64,000 bases of DNA from Hydrolagus affinis (Eukaryota). The notes beneath the pieces were generated by a model. That model was given only the letters and a program-made list of their open reading frames with translations. It ran no database searches and was not told the origin of the DNA. The stretch spans positions 1-64,000 of the forward strand of contig JAAILG010000322.1 of the NCBI GenBank assembly GCA_012026655.1, in the 5' to 3' direction. Made by a program: the position numbers and the translations under genes. Shown here in pieces: positions 1 to 12,358 of this stretch (position 1 is the stretch's first letter; every line of letters begins with the position of its first letter).

Positions 1-138
1 CTATACCCCTATTTATAAAGCCTAGTATCCCATATGCCTTCTTAACAGCCTTGTCTACCTGTTCTGCCACCTTCAACGAGTCACTAACACAAATCCCCAG
101 GTCTCTCTGTTCCTTCGCACCATTTAAAATCGTACTAT
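1..138 (-). mobile_element. CR1 LINE ORF2 fragment (post-RT region)
   Basis: Minus-strand translation reads ILNGAKEQRDLGICVSDSLKVAEQVDKAVKKAYGILGFINRGI, typical CR1 'ERDLGV...QVDKAVKKA..LGFI.RGI'. Confidence 0.85.
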
Positions 139-139
139 C

Positions 140-198
140 TAGCCTATATCGATATGAAAAATTACACCGATATAACCGATATATCGCCGGACACTAGT
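140..198 (-). mobile_element. Possible terminus of a non-autonomous hAT-type DNA transposon
   Basis: CpG-rich patch with repeated CGATAT; minus strand begins TAGTGTCCGGCGATATATCG, resembling recalled TAGGGCTGGGCGATAT-type ends. No second terminus seen. Confidence 0.3.
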
Positions 199-1150
199 TA
201 ATGTTATGTAATAGTTCTTCAGGCTGCCCAAACCATCAATCATAAGGCTACAAATTATTCTTAGTGAAGTTGATAGAAGACCGGTATCATTTCTGGCCAT
301 AATCGATTGATAGTTTTCAATTAGCTGTGTATTCCAAACATAAAATGCAAGCGTGACATAGACAAAACTTGGAATGAATTTCTTTGAAAGTAATGTAATT
401 TGGACAGAAATACCTCTCAAGAAAAGAGAGTTTTTTTGGAAATAGTTCATCAGATGATCATTCCATTTTTCCATGCTTGTCAAATGCCATTGACCAAACT
501 CAGCCATCTATATGACGTGAAATTTTCCTGATTAGTAACTTAAATTTCTACTGTCAAGATTGCCAAGAAAGCAAAAAAAAGCCCCACAGAACACGATGTC
601 TGTGCTGAGCACTTGTTCACAGTTGCTAATGGTCTCACCCAGCTGATTTGCTTTCCAAATAGAGTTAATGCTTACTTAGATCTAGTTTTGACCAGCTCTG
701 CTGATCACCTGAAGGCACTCAACAATGTGTTTGTCACTGCCTTCCGAGATGGTAATTGCCTCAAGGTTGGACTCAGCAGACCTGCATGAAAATGACTCAT
801 CTGTGGAGATGAGAAGGACGTTATGCATTATTCCATCAATTCCTTTGGACAACACCAGAGAGGAGTAGAATAATTTATGCAGTTGAAGTGCTGAAAAGGA
901 ATATAAATAAGATAAAGGACTTTTTTTATGCGACTGATATCAGCAGGCAGTCCAACTGCACTAACTGATACTGTATAGCATGATACTGTAGTTGGAAAAT
1001 GTTTCCTATTTACCAGATATAGTAATTCTGAATTTCAGGAGTTGCTGTCTCCTAATTCAGTAGCGTGAATTTTACCAACTGTGTTCAGGTCAGCTAAGGA
1101 TTTTTTGTTGCTGCTTTGTCTAATTTGTTATTCATTTGTTTTTAAAAGCG

Positions 1151-1530
1151 TTAGCCTGACTCAGTCAATTCCAATGGCAGGACTTTTTGAACGCATTTGT
1201 CTAGGCTTATAATGCAATACAGTGCTGGGGGAGTGCTGCACTGTTGGAGGTGCTGTTGTTCAGATAAAACATTAAACTCAGGTCCCGCTACTGTTAATGA
1301 TCCCACGCCATTATTTGAGAATAGAAGGCAGTTTCTCCTGACTGTTGGACCTGGCCAACAATCCCCCAAATAAAATTGTTCATTCGCTTCACAGCTGTTT
1401 GTGGGACATTGCTGTGTACAAATTGACTGTTGTGTACGCCTGCAAATAGACAATCGCTTTATAAAAAACCTTGCAAAGCACTTTGTGATATTTTCCAGAT
1501 ATGAAAGGTGGCATATATCGATTATTATTA
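1151..1530 (+). mobile_element. DeuSINE-family SINE (AmnSINE1/SacSINE1-like), degraded
   Basis: Deu-domain words GGGAGTGCTGCACTGTTGGAGGTGCTG..ACATTAAACTCAGGTCCC..GATCCCAC..CCTGGCCAACAATCCCC, then the tail CTGTTTGTGGGACATTGCTGTGTACAAATTGACTG ending in (ATT)n. Aligns with 21488-21930. Confidence 0.75.
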
Positions 1531-1794
1531 AGAAGGTTTATTGTTTATTACAGTCAGTGTTTAGTTTCACCACCCTCAGATCATTGCTACATTTACAGTA
1601 ATACTCATTCTTTGTTAGGTTTAGAAAATTTGTAGACCTTCTTGAATTCCTCATCAGCTGGAAGAACAGATTTTATATCAAACAGCATTAAGCAAGTCAG
1701 CTGCTAAAAAAATCTCTTATTTACTCTTTGTTATTACATATTTCACCCATTGCTATCTTTTACGTTGCATTCATCAGCTTAACATTTTGCCACC

Positions 1795-2125
1795 ATCTCC
1801 TCTCTTCTCTCTTCTTGCTTGAAAATTCTTTGCTGTAGCATTGTTCCAGGAGCATTTGGCACCACTGGTGCCTTAACTAGATGGTCATTATTGCTGTGTT
1901 AACATCGATCTTGGAGAATAAATCTAAGAGTGGGTATTCCTGTCCTCATCTGATGCCATGTTATGAACATACAATCCAACCGGGATCTATGGCTAGTAAT
2001 TGGGAGTAGCTTACACTTGTGCATGTATGCTTTAAAGCACGTACGTGCTTATTAGTGCCTCAAATGATGCCCTGACTGACATTAGCTAATCTTCTGGGCT
2101 GTATGGCCTACTGTGCAGTGCCTTT
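1795..2125 (-). mobile_element. Ancient SINE relic (AmnSINE2-like)
   Basis: Minus strand: GGCCATACAGCCCAGAAG..TTAGCTAATGTCAGTCAGGGC..CATCAGATGAGGACAGGA..CCTGGAACAATGCTACAGCAAAG..AGAGGAGA. Collinear with a recalled consensus and with 61945-62250. Confidence 0.5.
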
Positions 2126-3204
2126 CTCTGTGTAGTACACAGTAGGGGGAAGTTTGATTTCATTCCTTTGATTACCAGTAGGTCTGAGTGCTTCGAAATA
2201 AACAAACAGATTAATCACAATTAATTGCAGATTTTTGTTTCTACATTTTCAAAATGACCGTTGGAAAATAAACAGAATCTCTGGAACTTTCAAAAAAAAT
2301 AATAATGCCTTTTAGAAAGAAGAACATGTGTATTTATTTTGTAAATGTTGTAAATGTTCTGCAAACCCAATGGGTCAAGAGAGCAACATGTAAACTAGAA
2401 AAACTAGAATACACCATATCTTCATTTAAACACAATGTAAATTGTAAGATATAGTCACATTGTTGTTAAAGGTTAGGTGGCATATTGGCTTGTTCTCAAT
2501 TCTTACACATGGAATGCAAAAGTACTGTGAGGCATTTATTTTGTTACTATGGGTTATTAATGGCTGATTGATGTAGCAAGCTACAGCGCAGAAGAGGACA
2601 AGGCCACCTAAGATCACTGGGGTGTAACTGCTGTTCCATATAAATATATTGGTAAGCAGAACAGCTTGCTCTTATCAGAAATTCAGTATATATTTCAAAT
2701 ATATATTCCAGGCAATCTACTCCAGTTTCCGCAGGCTGGAGATAGTGTAACAAATTTCATTGAAATGACCCAGTTTTTCACTACACTGAAGCTGTTAGGA
2801 TTAGAAATTAATTACCAACATCAATATGTTTAAACATAATTTTTGGCTTGGCTATGCATCTTGTGAAAGCATAAAAATAAACAAGTAATAAATTAGTCTT
2901 TCACCTTGTTCATCTTTTCATGCTGAGCTCTGTTGCCCACCTGGAAGCTTGCAGGGAGATCCTGGTACCTACCATTCCACTGAGTATGGTCTCAAACCCC
3001 CACTTGTCAGATGTCAAACGAACAACAGGGGACTATCCTCTGGGGATGTGGTGGTGGGGGGTGCAGGATAACCAGAGGTGAACTGGCTCCGAGGTGACAT
3101 CGTCTGTGATGGTCTCAGTAGTCTAGTTCCCTAGCCAGGTGGGTCCACAGTACTCCACTGCTGATGACATTACCGTCAGGCAGTCTCATCAGAAGGAATT
3201 GGAA

Positions 3205-3580
3205 GAGTTGGGGTTCTTCCCATTCAGCTCCCGTTAACCCTGCAAACCAAAGCCCTAACAGCTCTGGTGGTCTGAGTTGACAAGCAGTGGGAAAGCTTGC
3301 CAGGCAGTGCTCTCAATGCTAAGCTATGCAGTTTTAGCTGGTTGGCCTCTAGCAGTACCTCAATACACACTCCGGGGACCCCAAGCCTTTATTCTCGCCA
3401 ATTTATGTCCAATAAATTCTGCAATTAGGTAAGCAGGATATGTCCTTCCAGAGAGATTGCATTCCGACAAATATCTCTGGAATTTTCAAGTATAGGTGGG
3501 ATGCAGGGAATTGTTTGGTTTGGATACTTTTAAGCTTGGTGATAGGTTTCCGCATGTGTCAGACACCTGGCTGACCAAAA
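3205..3580. repeat. Unclassified interspersed repeat, copy 1
   Basis: Aligns collinearly with 38975-39360 (GGGGTTCTTC..AGCTCC.GTTAACCCTGCAA.CCAAAGC.CTAA..GGGG.CCCCAAGC.TT..TGTCCAAT..AATTAGGTAA.CAGGA..CATGTGTCA.ACA). Confidence 0.75.
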
Positions 3581-3594
3581 ATATATATATTTTG

Positions 3595-3712
3595 TAGGCA
3601 ACTCGACAGTCAATTTGTGCATAGAAATGTCCCACAAACAACTGTGAAGTGAATAACCAATTTTGCCTGTGGATTTTTCTCAGGATTGCTGGACCTGGAC
3701 ACCTTCACATTT
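3595..3712 (-). mobile_element. DeuSINE 3' fragment
   Basis: Reverse complement of the GTTTGTGGGACATT..CACAAATTGACTG tail found at about 1395-1430. Confidence 0.6.
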
Positions 3713-4849
3713 CTTTTTAAATCTAAAAATGTCAATCTTTGCAATCGATATGAAAGTTGGCATGTGAATTATTGAATACCAATAGCCCATCAGTTGAATA
3801 TGCACTGTTTTGGTCTTTATTTTGACACCATAAAGCAGTGCATTTGGTGCTTGAGAATATTTTGCCCCCTAACAGTAGACCATAAACACTGGTGTCCATC
3901 TGACCCCATTACGCAGCTGAAACTGACAGATAATCCAGTTTGGGGAATGTTTTTATGACATAAACTGAATGTGCAAAAAAAGGCAGCCATGATATATGGA
4001 AAATATTCCATAACCGAATTCCAACACACCCAATGTGACTTCATCTCTCATGGGTTAGGCAATCAGGTCAAGATAGAATATTGTGTGTAGGTGGTATATA
4101 TATATGTATATACAGTATATATGTAGATATATATATTGGTGTGTATACTCACACAATCGCTTTTAAAATGCTTTCTGATTTATCAGTTATAAGTCTCCCC
4201 CTTGTAAAGTATCTTTCCCCTTGATACATGCTTTTTGGATGTCTCCCAAAGGCAGTGTCATGCCAGGAGGTAAAATCTACACTGTATAATACAGACACAC
4301 ATACACACACATTTTTGTTTCTTACTCAACTGTAACACACACATATATACACACGCCCTTTTCCTGTGTAATTTCTAACCACAACAGACAAGCTGTGCTC
4401 AACATAATCATGATGCTAAGCGTGTGACCAGTTATAAATGAATACTGATAGCTCGCAGTGCTAAGGATGATTAATACGTAAAAATAAATAATGGTAAAAT
4501 GATTAGAAAGTGATCAGATACTTCCAGTCTTGCTCTCTGTTGCAAATGCAGTATATGTCATCAAAAATGTTGTAGATTTTTTGTGTGTATATATACATAA
4601 TATATATGTATATAAAAGTTGGGCATCTTTACAAAGTTGACATTGATTGTATGAACATCCTAGTTCAATGAACAAATTGAAACATACATAATTCAGTCCT
4701 TTAGCTGTATTGATAGTGTTTTTGTCCAAAAGAAAGTATGTACTGTAAGGTATTTGTATTGACTAGACTTGTTACAATTTGTTTAGTACATGCTAACTGT
4801 AGGTTTTCCTGTCATAGTGACTTAAGACATAAGGACAGAAATGAATGAT

Positions 4850-5270
4850 TCCTGCCAGTCAATGAACTTTAACTGGAACTGCACTTGAATGGTAATAATC
4901 TGCTCCTGTAATTGCCGTGGAAAAGAAAAAATCTCCAGAGATTTTACATCTAATCATTTATTTATAAATCTGTAGATAGCAGGCTGCAGGATGCGCAACA
5001 GGGGTCAACTTTGTGCTTAAAACCATTGTCTGGTGTTTACATTTCACAGTGGTTTTTACAGTAGTTGCAACCTACATGATCAGCCGAGCACTTTAATTCA
5101 CTGGCTTCTGTTCTGCACATCATTGCTTTGGACAGACTACTTCATTACGGATGCTTCAGCAGAGGCCATTCCCCTCAGCATTAGCTGAAATATGCATGTT
5201 TTTCCATCTCATTAATTCAGTCTACATACAATTAATTTCTGCCTATTAATAAACCCCTAGGTGTTAGTGA
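4850..5270. promoter_or_regulatory. Candidate conserved non-coding element (enhancer)
   Basis: Repeat-free block with clustered GGGGTCA (5001), CCATTGT (5023), TGTTTAC (5034) and multiple TAAT cores. Conservation not verified. Confidence 0.35.
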
Positions 5271-6789
5271 CAGCTATCTAACCTAACCATACCAAGTGAA
5301 GCCTCCATTGCATATGCTTGAAATTCAAGTTTCAAATGGGTGCTGAATATAAAACTGCCCCCATTAGATTTAGAAATCGTATTGTATTACAATTAATAGA
5401 CAGCAGTATTTAGTCTCAGGATTGAGACTATTTTGTTCTGCTGTGAAAATACTTGATGGCATTAAATCATTTATTTTACAAAAGAGAAACAGATGTTCGC
5501 AATCATGACTAGATTTTGTTTTTATCTGTATGGGTAAATGTAAATGTGCCTGTGCCAGAAAATACATCTTAATAATGCGGCTTCAAAAAGAAAATATGAT
5601 CTCAGCTATTTTTGTTTAATTATATTGGCTGTTTGCTTAATAGCTCCTTAAGTATTATACTATGAACACTGACATCTGGTCAGTGTGCTTATGTCAATAT
5701 ACTTAACTTACCAAAATGCCTTTTTCCTTGTTAAGTGAACCTTTTAACATATTCCAGCTGTGATACCAAATAATGGCAATGACAAGACACCACAAGGAAG
5801 TTGTACATTTTTTAACAACTACATAATCAGTTTCCTTCAGCAAATCACAACATTGGCAACTCTCATGTGTTACATGCAAATTACATGAAATATCAGTCAT
5901 GGATGATAACAGGTAAAGTTGTATTATTTATAAAACAGTATAGACCAATTTACGAAAAGGGCACTCAAAGCGGTGAGATTATTTATTAATGATGTAGGAT
6001 ACAAGTTAACAGACGTGTAACAAAATTCACCTAAACTCAATGTGCAGTCAGTGCACCAATAGTGCATGCACTTAGAGAGAGACTGCTTGAGTGAAATTTA
6101 TACCTGTTTAATCTCTAGACTTTAAAAGATTTTGAACACTAAATCAAAGCGCACACTTATGAACCTGTGCACTTTTTGCTGTGCCTCTGATGGGGAGTTG
6201 ACTTGGATAGGTTGCAGTAGATTAATTGACTGCCTTACGGTGTACATGTTAGCACGTGATTAAAGAAAGGTTTATCAACTCTTATTCTTCATCATCTGAT
6301 ATCAAATGTTCACATGACCCTCGTCCCTCTTTTTTTTTTACAAAATACGAAAGCCAAGTATAGTAATATATTTTTAAAAAACTTATATTGGCATAATTTT
6401 TAATAAAAAGCTAATTCTGAACATGCTTTGTTGTTATAGTGGACAAATAGTGTATTTGATGCCTATAAATACACAGTCACTATATGGTACAAACCTATGA
6501 AGCACAATGAGATGGCTCGGTGATATCAAATACAGTACAAGGATTATTACTATTATGTAATATGCACGAAGGAAGCCTGCATTCGTAAGTATGTAGGATG
6601 ACCTCAAGAGTTTGGATAAAACATCGCTCTGGTATTGATTTATTACTAAATTAAAGTTAGTTATTTGTTATTAATATGGTGGACTATGGGAGTAGGATGA
6701 TCAGTTAACACTCCTGTGGTAGGCTTTTTATTGCCTTGTACTTCCTTAGATTCATCAAGTTAATCAATGACATGACACAGCTTGATACA

Positions 6790-7120
6790 AAGCGTTGTTT
6801 ACATGGGGCTTCTTAATTCTAATTTGATCAAAATCAGGCCTTAATTCCAATTTAAATGCACTGTGTAAATGGTGCTTAATTCTGATTAAATCCGAGTTTA
6901 AAAAACATACCATTTCCTGAGGTGGTTTTAATGTAATTCTATCTAAATTCATTTTGTTGTTCATCCATGCAGATGGATGTAAGTGAAGTGAACTCAGATT
7001 TTCTGTGGTGTCCCACAGTGTCTGGTGATGTGACATAAAGACCAAGCACTGTGCCGTGTATTGCTTCATGCAAGTGTCCATTTAATATAAATTGAAAACT
7101 TCTTTGTGTAAACGGTAGTT
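6790..7120. mobile_element. Possible PIF/Harbinger-type MITE, degraded
   Basis: Ends GTTTACATG ... GTGTAAACG and three internal CTTAATTC(T/C)(A/G)ATT-like subterminal repeats. Confidence 0.35.
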
Positions 7121-8094
7121 AAGCTGCCTTGTAAAAGGAACAAATAATAAGTGACTCACATTAATTCCAAGCACATTGATACAAATTAGCTTGACCTCTG
7201 ACTTTACGTAGGGCTTATCGTAAGCACATAGGGGGTGATATCAACTTAAACATTCCACAGCTGTGAGAGCAAGCACTGATTTTTTTTTATCATAATAATT
7301 TCTGACTGTTTTTCAACCAGTATGTAATGTCATTAATGAGAGCAACCTTGGGCATTGGTTCCAACCAGAGGAAACATATTTTCTGTTATTCAATCATTTT
7401 AATAATAAATAGTTTTAAATTGTCATAATTAGAAATGTCAATAACTATATTTATTTGTCTATAACTAAACTAAAGCAATTTGTAACATTATTTGGTTGTA
7501 TATTTCAGTAGAGTAATTTCATCATATTTGTAAGCTCAATAAACAAAAATATAGCAGGAAAGCGAATTTCCAACTAGATTTACAATTTCATTCAAAAATG
7601 CTCACGATGCGTTAATATTCATTCTTCGGCTTTAGTTGGAAGTAAATGTATGTGAATGATGCATTATTGTTTTCAAGAACTGTGTATAAATAATTGTCTC
7701 TTACTGAACCAGTAACTTGGCACATTGAATTTAACCAGTGCGGTCTCAGTGCAGAAACAAAAGTTTCATATTAATCAGCAGTCAAGTATTGTAAGTTGGT
7801 CTTCATAAATTACGAATTGCATTCAAATCTCACAGGATTCATTGTTAGAAAAAAAATGAGAGAACATATAAGGCAGCAAGCATTTGAATAAATTTTCACC
7901 AGAATGCTCAGTATGTTGTAATTGTTTTTTTAATCATTGGGGACTTTATTATTCATCTGCAATTTTGAAGACTGCTCTTCAGATTCAGTCGTCAAATTGA
8001 AAAGTTCCAAAAGATTGTTTCCATGCAGTTGAAACTATTTCGAAGTTCACGAATGCCAAACTCACTGAACAAATGTTATCACTTAATTCTGCAG

Positions 8095-8255
8095 GACAAG
8101 AGTGGCCTCATTTACTTGTGAGGTATGTGAAAGCCAAGAGGAAATGACAGCACCACTGAAACAGTGTATGACCTGGCTTCAGGCCTATTTCTCTGAACCT
8201 TGGACAACGGAAAAACTTCCTCTCCCTGCCTTTCACCATCCCATTTTTCAACAAG
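8095..8255 (+). CDS. MGMT: MGMT internal coding exon (equivalent to human exon 3)
   Basis: TTCTGCAG acceptor and AAG|GTCTGT donor. Encodes [53 protein letters not shown] (human: EPLMQCTAWLNAYFHQPEAIEEFPVPALHHPVFQQ). Phase 2 in, phase 1 out. Confidence 0.93.
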
Positions 8256-9592
8256 GTCTGTTACAGGCGAGTAGTGTTCGTGTAACAATGTTTTGACTTT
8301 ATATAATTGTGACTTACATTACGTTACTTCTTTATTGACAACAGCATAATGGAGCATTTTATCCTATGCGAACTTGAGACACAGTGCATAACATGGGGTA
8401 TTTAGGAACGATAAGGTTCTTTAACTGTTCCAAGTGGTTCTGTTGGTTTTGGCACAGGATTGAATATTTCTTGGCACAAGAGCTAAAAATGATGCAGTTC
8501 CACTCCTGACATTTGCAGACTGAAAGGTCTGAATGTAAGCACTGAATGTAAGCACATCTGAATAGTTGTAAAGTTTTCAATGGGCTTATTGTTGATCTGT
8601 ACCATCCTTTTGCCAACATCAGAGTGATCCTTAAAGGGGAAGAGTATACTCCTGAAATGTTAGACAGACCAATATTGTAAAGAGCGATAAAATGCACACT
8701 TACTTTAGATACACAATATGAGTCTGTTTCTTGTTTTCGAAACTGCAGATTAAACAAATCCTGGAGGTGCACATTTCGAGCACAAACTTGATTGTGAAGT
8801 TCTGTTCACTCTGTCGCAGTTACACCAGGAATAGGCGGTGATACCTTGCGATCCACTATCCACATTCATAATGTGACTGGAGTTGACTTACACTGTTGAC
8901 ATGGTGGCAAGCTCTCTTCAAAATTTCTGCTTCCGACCGGTTTCCAACTGAATCTTCCAAAGTATAACAGAGGTGACTGAACGAAAATCCACCACCAAGT
9001 CAAAAGTCAAGCGCAGTATACGGGAATTTGGCCTATTTCATTTGACTCTTCCTGTATGATCCTGCCATTTTTTTCCCCCCTAAATTTCCCCCCTCCTCAA
9101 AATAATGCACGTTGGAGAGAATAACAAAGAAATGATATGTACCCCGAAATTATGATATTCACATTGGAGTGGGGAAGCAGAGAGAGGTACACATGTTTTC
9201 AAAAGTAGGAGTGAAGTTGGCACAGCCGTAAAATCAAATGGAATTCTACGTTTTATGTGTAGGACTATTGAACATTACAGTACTAACATTAACCAATTTA
9301 AAAAAGCCAGCCTCCAGCTTTAAACATGTCGTTACTATTGGTATTACAGAATTGCATGTCATGATAGTTAATCCATAACGTTTAACAAGATGGAAAAATA
9401 CAGCACGGAAAAGACTATCAAGCCTGCATGTTTCATGGGCTTATTTTTCTTACAGTCTACGCCAAATACCCTGACTTTCAATATCATTTTAAAAGACTTT
9501 TAAAGTCTCTTTACCTAACTGCCAACCCCCACTACCCTCCTCCCCTCAATCTTTTTTCCAAGCTAGAATTCTTCTCTCAAAACTTCACAGGT

Positions 9593-9904
9593 GGACTCCT
9601 GTAGCTCGGTTGTTAGAGCACTTGCCTTGCAAGCAAGAGACCTGGGTTCGATTCCAGGCAGGGCGAAACCTTGGGCAAGTTTCTTTATTCCACATGCCTG
9701 ATAATAATAATCCCTCCCCCAAAAAATTGGTATTGTAATTTGAAACCACAACTGTTTGTGAGACACTGCTGTGTGCAATCGGCTGCTGCGTTTTGCCCAC
9801 AAAATATACAGTCGATTCACTTTACAGTATGTTCTATGAAGCGCTTTGAGATGTCTAGAAGACATGAAAAGCGCTATATCAAATGCAAGAATTATCATTA
9901 TTAA
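9593..9904 (+). mobile_element. tRNA(Ala)-derived SINE, near full length (family A)
   Basis: A-box TAGCTCGGTTG, B-box GGTTCGATTCC, anticodon-like arm CTTGC-CTTGCAA-GCAAG, ACCTTGGGCAAGTTTC box, tail GCGCTATATCAAATGCAAG(A/G)ATTAT. Multiple copies in the window. Confidence 0.9.
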
Positions 9905-10089
9905 GAGAGGTTTAGATGAGCATTTTATCTTGTCTTCAAACACCACCACCCTACTACTCTACTATCCACCTCGCCGTTGTGCTCTGCCACTGTCAAGTGC
10001 TCTGGTACGCTACCTTTGTGTGAGGATCTCTATATAAATGCAAGTTATTGTTATTAAAGCACCAAGCAGTTTTTGTTAAATTAGTGACT

Positions 10090-10660
10090 TATTTACCCTT
10101 CCTGGCAACCCACTCCAGTTATTAATTATCCTCTTCATAAAGACATATTTCCTGGCGTCTGTCCTGAATTTGCTTGTTGCAAACTGAAACTTGGCAGCAT
10201 TTGTTATTGTTATAGTTGCTGTGTTTACCCACATACCATACAGTCACGACACTTCACAATTTATCCTATGAAAAACTGTGAAATGTCCTTCTAACATGAA
10301 AGCTGTTTTACCCAATGCAAGGATTATTTTTTATCAAACTATGTCATATAGTTCACTTCAAGCTCCAAATCATGGAATCAATCTTCTCTATTGCTTTAAT
10401 GTCCTTATAGAGACATACAATATTCCAAATGTAGCTTCATTAGTGATTCATACAAGGTTAGAATAACTTATTGTGACTTATAGTCAAATGCCGTCAAGAT
10501 CTAACCTAGTATTTGACTAGCTTTATTGACAGCCGATTCACATTGATTAGCTGCTGAAGTGTATGATCAATAATCACACAAAAAAATGTTATCGTTCTCC
10601 ACCTCTCCTAATTTAATGGACATTGGTGTATACTGGAACCATAAGCAATAATCTATAATG
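10090..10660 (-). mobile_element. CR1 LINE 3' ORF2 fragments, highly decayed
   Basis: Minus strand contains AAATTCAGGACAGACGCCAGGAAATATGTCTTTATGAAGAGGATAATTAATAACTGGAGTGGGTTGCCAG (KFRTDARKYVFMKRIINNWSGLP) and a KDIKAIEK-like segment. Confidence 0.6.
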
Positions 10661-11857
10661 TTTTGCAACTATTATGAACCATAAAAGATATCTTCCCACA
10701 CCTCCCAAAGAAAAATCTTGATTTAAAGGAGTGACAATGACAGTATGACTCTTATCAAAGATAGGACATAATTATTGTCAACTGTAAGAGTGAGACTAAA
10801 ATCCATATTTTACTGGGAGTTCAGTTTTATTTTCTTATTGGACTGTCGATATTTATTGTATTTTAAAAATGTTTAATGAAACTCTACCATAGCAACTGGA
10901 AATATTGGCGTGTTGGGCTCTAATTTGCAATGTTTGTGAGCCAGCTAATTATGATTTCTGCAGCCAGCCAAAGTGTAGGGGGAGGGGGTGGGAAGAAGCC
11001 AAAGAGCAAAATGCCATCTGCTTAAAGTCAACCATTTTGCTCTGCAGGCTTTACATATTGGCTGCTTTGCTAAAATCCTAAATAAGACCCTAATTTTTCA
11101 CTATTACTACCCCACACACATGTAGTGGTAGATTTTGTCAAGGTGTAATAAAACATTACAGCTTGCTTTGTCAATTAGATTTTCAGCAGAATGTACAATC
11201 TCCTACGATATCTTTGAGGCACCAGCTAATGAAATGTTAGATTCAGTTAAATTTTCTCTATAAAGTTCCATTGTCCCTCTCCCTCCTTCTACAACCTTTA
11301 CCCTCTGCTCCCCACAACTACAAGGTGACCACCACCTACTGTGGTTCAGCAAGTTGATCACTAAACTCTGCCAATGCCACTCCACTGTAACTAGATGATA
11401 ATGGATGAACCAGTAGCTAGGAGTCCTCTGTTCTCCAAAATAGAATGATTGATTTTTTGCAATGTGCACATGTAAGAAAACGAAACCATTTCAAATGCAA
11501 ATTGTTTTAAAAATGTATTTCCAATGAAGATTCCATTGATGTTGTCAAGTGTTTCTCCAAACGTTGAAGAGAGATTAAAAAGACAGGAGCATGAATAATA
11601 TATTTTTTTAAATATTAGCAATCAAAGTCAATAAATGGGAAGGATAATAACGATTACATATAAAAACACTTCTAAAAGGAGCCTAAGTGAGGACGATAAA
11701 TTGTAATGAAACCTAATATATATATTGAAGGTAAATTTTCTCAATTTTGTAAGAATGCAGTGGATACAGATTAAAATAACCCAATCCCATTCAAAGATAC
11801 TGTTTAATTGACAAGCAAACAATTTTGAAAATAAAGTAAAACTACCTTTCATCATTT

Positions 11858-11968
11858 GCGTTTCGTCCATAAATATACAGTCAATTCATTTTATAATATA
11901 TTTTATGAAGCGCTTTGAGACATCTAGAAGACCTGAAAAGCGCTATATCAAATGCAAGGATTATAATT
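11858..11968 (+). mobile_element. SINE family A 3' fragment
   Basis: AAATATACAGTCAATTCA..GAAGCGCTTTGAGACATCTAGAAGACCTGAAAAGCGCTATATCAAATGCAAGGATTAT. Confidence 0.85.
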
Positions 11969-12358
11969 TACTTACACTTTTAATTTTTTCCATCTATTTT
12001 ACTATATAGCCCTGGTTGAAACTATATATACAACAACAACTTGCACTTATATAGCACCTTCCACGCAGTATAGCCTCTCAAAGCGCTTAAATATATTCTG
12101 CATCAGCTCCAATACCTTATTTGGTAAAGTCAATCATTAAACAAAAGGCCATATTAACCATTTGAGATCTTCTTTTCCTTTACAACTTCCAAGGTAAATG
12201 TGTGTACAGTATTTCATATAACATCAGTAAGAATTAAGTAGTGTAATTTAGCAGTGAATGGTAGGACATCAAATCAGAATAAACACAAATGTGGAAACTA
12301 TGGTGAACTCTACAAAGAGCTAAGAGTTAAAGTTATTTTAAACTTATCTCTTATACAT

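Noticed and set aside
4095-4355. (TA)/(CA)-rich tracts
   Set aside because: Ordinary degenerate microsatellites.
1-8094. MGMT first coding exon (SPLG..LSGC..GLH motif) or promoter
   Set aside because: No matching coding sequence or CpG island seen; it presumably lies upstream of the window.
8102-8296. 64-aa ORF as a standalone gene
   Set aside because: It is MGMT exon 3 plus intronic read-through; homology stops at the GT donor at 8256.
9593-9665. tRNA-Ala(UGC) gene
   Set aside because: The cloverleaf-like head continues into a SINE body and tail and recurs in several diverged copies, so it is a SINE head rather than a tRNA gene.
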